Virus record (IMG/VR): IMGVR_UViG_3300017785_000115
Coordinates: 1-24,425 of that record
Length of the DNA: 24,425 nt
From: a virus
Taxonomy: Duplodnaviria; Caudoviricetes
Strand: one strand, 5' to 3'
Positions 22,396 through 24,425 of this stretch are shown here, piece by piece. The translations under genes were made by a program, and so were the position numbers. Under the pieces are notes generated by a model. That model did not search any database. It had not been told where the DNA came from and saw only the letters and a program-made list of their open reading frames with translations. Positions within the stretch are counted from its first letter, which is position 1; each line of letters begins with the position of its first letter.

Positions 22396-24075
22396 TTACC
22401 ATTCTAACGACCTAAAGCCAAATGATTCGCTGACAAATACGTTATCAAGATGCCCGTGAATAGCCATAATCATGGCAATAATACCGTCCACTTTGGCAGA
22501 GGGATCGGCTTCGTTCTTCCGAACCTTCACGTTTCCGTTGACATCAGTGTAAACCTCGCAGTTCCCAAGTTGCCATCCAACAAAAGGGTTGCCATCATGG
22601 TGGATTGCCTTTTTGAGAATCAGTTGCTCGGTTGATTTGGACGGATTTGACAGCACCGCCATACCCTGACCGACCTTGACCACCGGCAAGCCTTCAGCGT
22701 ACAGGTTCGCCACCAGTGCGGCAGCGTTGTAGGGGTCAAAGTTGACAGCCTTAACTTCGTGCTTTTCGCACTCCTGTTTGATGTACGACTCAACCTCATT
22801 CAAGTCAGTCACGTTGCCGGGTGTAAGCCTCAAAATGCCACTTGCATGGGCTTGAGCAAAAATGCTCTTGTAGTGGTTGGGAATTAACTCAATTGACTCT
22901 TGCGGCAAAAAGAATTGAAACTTGGCGTAGAAATTTTCTTCGCTGTATCTGTGCAAAGTGCAAACAGCGTTTAAGTCTCGGGTATGCGCCAAGTCAAACG
23001 CAACAAATGTAGCCTCGGGCTTTTCCTCTGGCATGGGCGCAATGGAGTCATCCCAATATCTGCGGTCAATCCAAGCAGAATTGGCAGACACATAAATGTT
23101 CAATTGCTTGCACAGAAACTCGTTCAGGCTTGCTGGTTTTGCCCCTGCTTCTTCAGCCATTTGCTGGATGTGCTGCACAGTGACAGAAACCCCGAGCATC
23201 GGGTTTGCCTTGCCCCACACAGTCGGGTCAGCCCAATTGTCACCGGGGTCAATGCTGTACAACAGACCAAACCAACGGTATGAATCAGGAGCAGCCCCAC
23301 GCAAGACGCTGCGAAAATGGGACAAATCCTCAAAGAACTTGGTTTCCTTGGTGAAGCTGGCAGTCGTCAAATACATCCGCAATGGGTTCTTCCGAGCGCC
23401 CATGCCCGAGTGCAAAACCTCAATCGACTGCCTCTCAGTAATCTGCGCTGCCTCGTCAATCATGGCGCAAGATGGGTTTTTACCGTCACCAGTTTTTCGG
23501 TTCTCTCGGGACAGCGCCCGATAAGTGGAAGTCGAATCACCGGCTTTTTTCAGTTCGCTGCGGTAGGGAATGAACTTGCAAGCCAACTCGGGCTTCATGT
23601 TTTCCACAATGGCTTTGGACGAATCAAAGCAAATAGATGCCTGATCCCTGTTGGTCGCCAAGGTAAACACTTCAGCGCCAGCGTCCCCAAACTGCAACTC
23701 ATAAAGCGCAATGATGGAAGCAATGGTGGTCTTGCCCGACTTGCGAGGAACGAACAAAATAACGTCCGTCACCCACCGCATAGAGTGGTCGCGCCTGTCG
23801 CGGAACCCGTAAATAGCCGCCAAGTACATGACCTGAAACGGCTGCAACTCTATAGGCTTTCCCGCATCTGGTCCTTTGACATGGCGGCAGAATCGGACAA
23901 ACTTTAGGATGTGTTCGGCTTTGGCAGGGACAAATTCGTAAGGCGCATCCTTACGTTCGACCATATCCAAAAACCGTTGGCAAGCTAGTTTGACATCCTC
24001 ACAAGCCTGAATGTCACCCCTAGTTACCGATACCGCATACTCAAACGCAGGGTTAAGCAGTGGCGAATAGCTCAT
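22396..24075 (-). CDS. terL: Terminase large subunit
   Basis: Walker A 'VPRKSGKT', Walker B 'AMIDE', coupling motif 'LTTA', 'KANPMLG', nuclease 'AFDLAHTRD' and 'KVDGIIA'. Resembles HK97-like cos-type terminases. Confidence 0.97.
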   Translation of the reverse strand: MSYSPLLNPAFEYAVSVTRGDIQACEDVKLACQRFLDMVERKDAPYEFVPAKAEHILKFVRFCRHVKGPDAGKPIELQPFQVMYLAAIYGFRDRRDHSMRWVTDVILFVPRKSGKTTIASIIALYELQFGDAGAEVFTLATNRDQASICFDSSKAIVENMKPELACKFIPYRSELKKAGDSTSTYRALSRENRKTGDGKNPSCAMIDEAAQITERQSIEVLHSGMGARKNPLRMYLTTASFTKETKFFEDLSHFRSVLRGAAPDSYRWFGLLYSIDPGDNWADPTVWGKANPMLGVSVTVQHIQQMAEEAGAKPASLNEFLCKQLNIYVSANSAWIDRRYWDDSIAPMPEEKPEATFVAFDLAHTRDLNAVCTLHRYSEENFYAKFQFFLPQESIELIPNHYKSIFAQAHASGILRLTPGNVTDLNEVESYIKQECEKHEVKAVNFDPYNAAALVANLYAEGLPVVKVGQGMAVLSNPSKSTEQLILKKAIHHDGNPFVGWQLGNCEVYTDVNGNVKVRKNEADPSAKVDGIIAMIMAIHGHLDNVFVSESFGFRSLEW

Positions 24076-24424
24076 CTACATCACTCACTTTTGCCTTCAA
24101 CTTTGGGCGACCACGGGCCACAAGACCTAGTTCAGCCAGCATCTTGATAGCCTTGTCAGCCATCTCAGTGCGAATCTTGAACCAAGCTGTCACGCCTTCG
24201 TTGTTGCCGTAGACCGTGACATGACCTGCTTCACGAATGTTGATTTCAGCAGTCAACAGGCTGTCAACCGTGATGACCAATGTGCCGATTAGCAGTTCAT
24301 CAGAGGCCGTGAGCGTTCCTGTCGAGGCTTCGACTTCTGCGCGAATGGCAGTCTCAAACGCAGCCTTGTCCCAAGTGGACGGATCGTTCAAGTAGCCAAG
24401 AATGTGACGAGGTTTTTTTGCCAT
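24053..24424 (-). CDS. terS: Terminase small subunit (P27-like)
   Basis: Overlaps the terL start. Helical, with 'IREAGHV' and 'MLAELGL..RGR' patterns. The start lies at the window edge, so its upstream context cannot be seen. Confidence 0.8.
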   Translation of the reverse strand: MAKKPRHILGYLNDPSTWDKAAFETAIRAEVEASTGTLTASDELLIGTLVITVDSLLTAEINIREAGHVTVYGNNEGVTAWFKIRTEMADKAIKMLAELGLVARGRPKLKAKVSDVDELFATA

Positions 24425-24425
24425 A

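Overview
A 24.4-kb piece of a tailed dsDNA phage or prophage of siphovirus type, with an HK97-fold head and a lambda-like non-contractile tail. Almost the whole window is the late (morphogenesis and lysis) region on the minus strand. Reading from the right end it carries the small and large terminase, portal, prohead protease, two tandem HK97-fold capsid paralogs, the head-tail joining genes, two tandem tail-tube paralogs, two small unknown genes, G/GT-type chaperones with a -1 slippery site, an HK97 gp10-like gene, tape measure, tail-tip genes including a GNAT, fibres, several membrane proteins, two holin candidates and a GH19 endolysin. At the left end two plus-strand genes (partial Gp157-like, MazG-like NTP pyrophosphohydrolase) converge on the endolysin, with a compact structured RNA-like element between them. 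The most notable result is a virion apparently built from two capsid and two tube paralogs. The capsid pair shares a putative L-x-E/ASA maturation site and is split by an intrinsic terminator, which suggests a hexon/penton division as in T4 gp23/gp24. The tube pair is in frame with no terminator between, which suggests a heteromeric tube. Other points of interest are a 13-bp motif (AATAYRRGAYAAT) before three late modules, a twin AGUA-loop hairpin leader, and a T4 T-like holin candidate. All family assignments come from motif recognition and synteny, not from database searches. No tRNA, rRNA, CRISPR array, integrase or transposase was seen.
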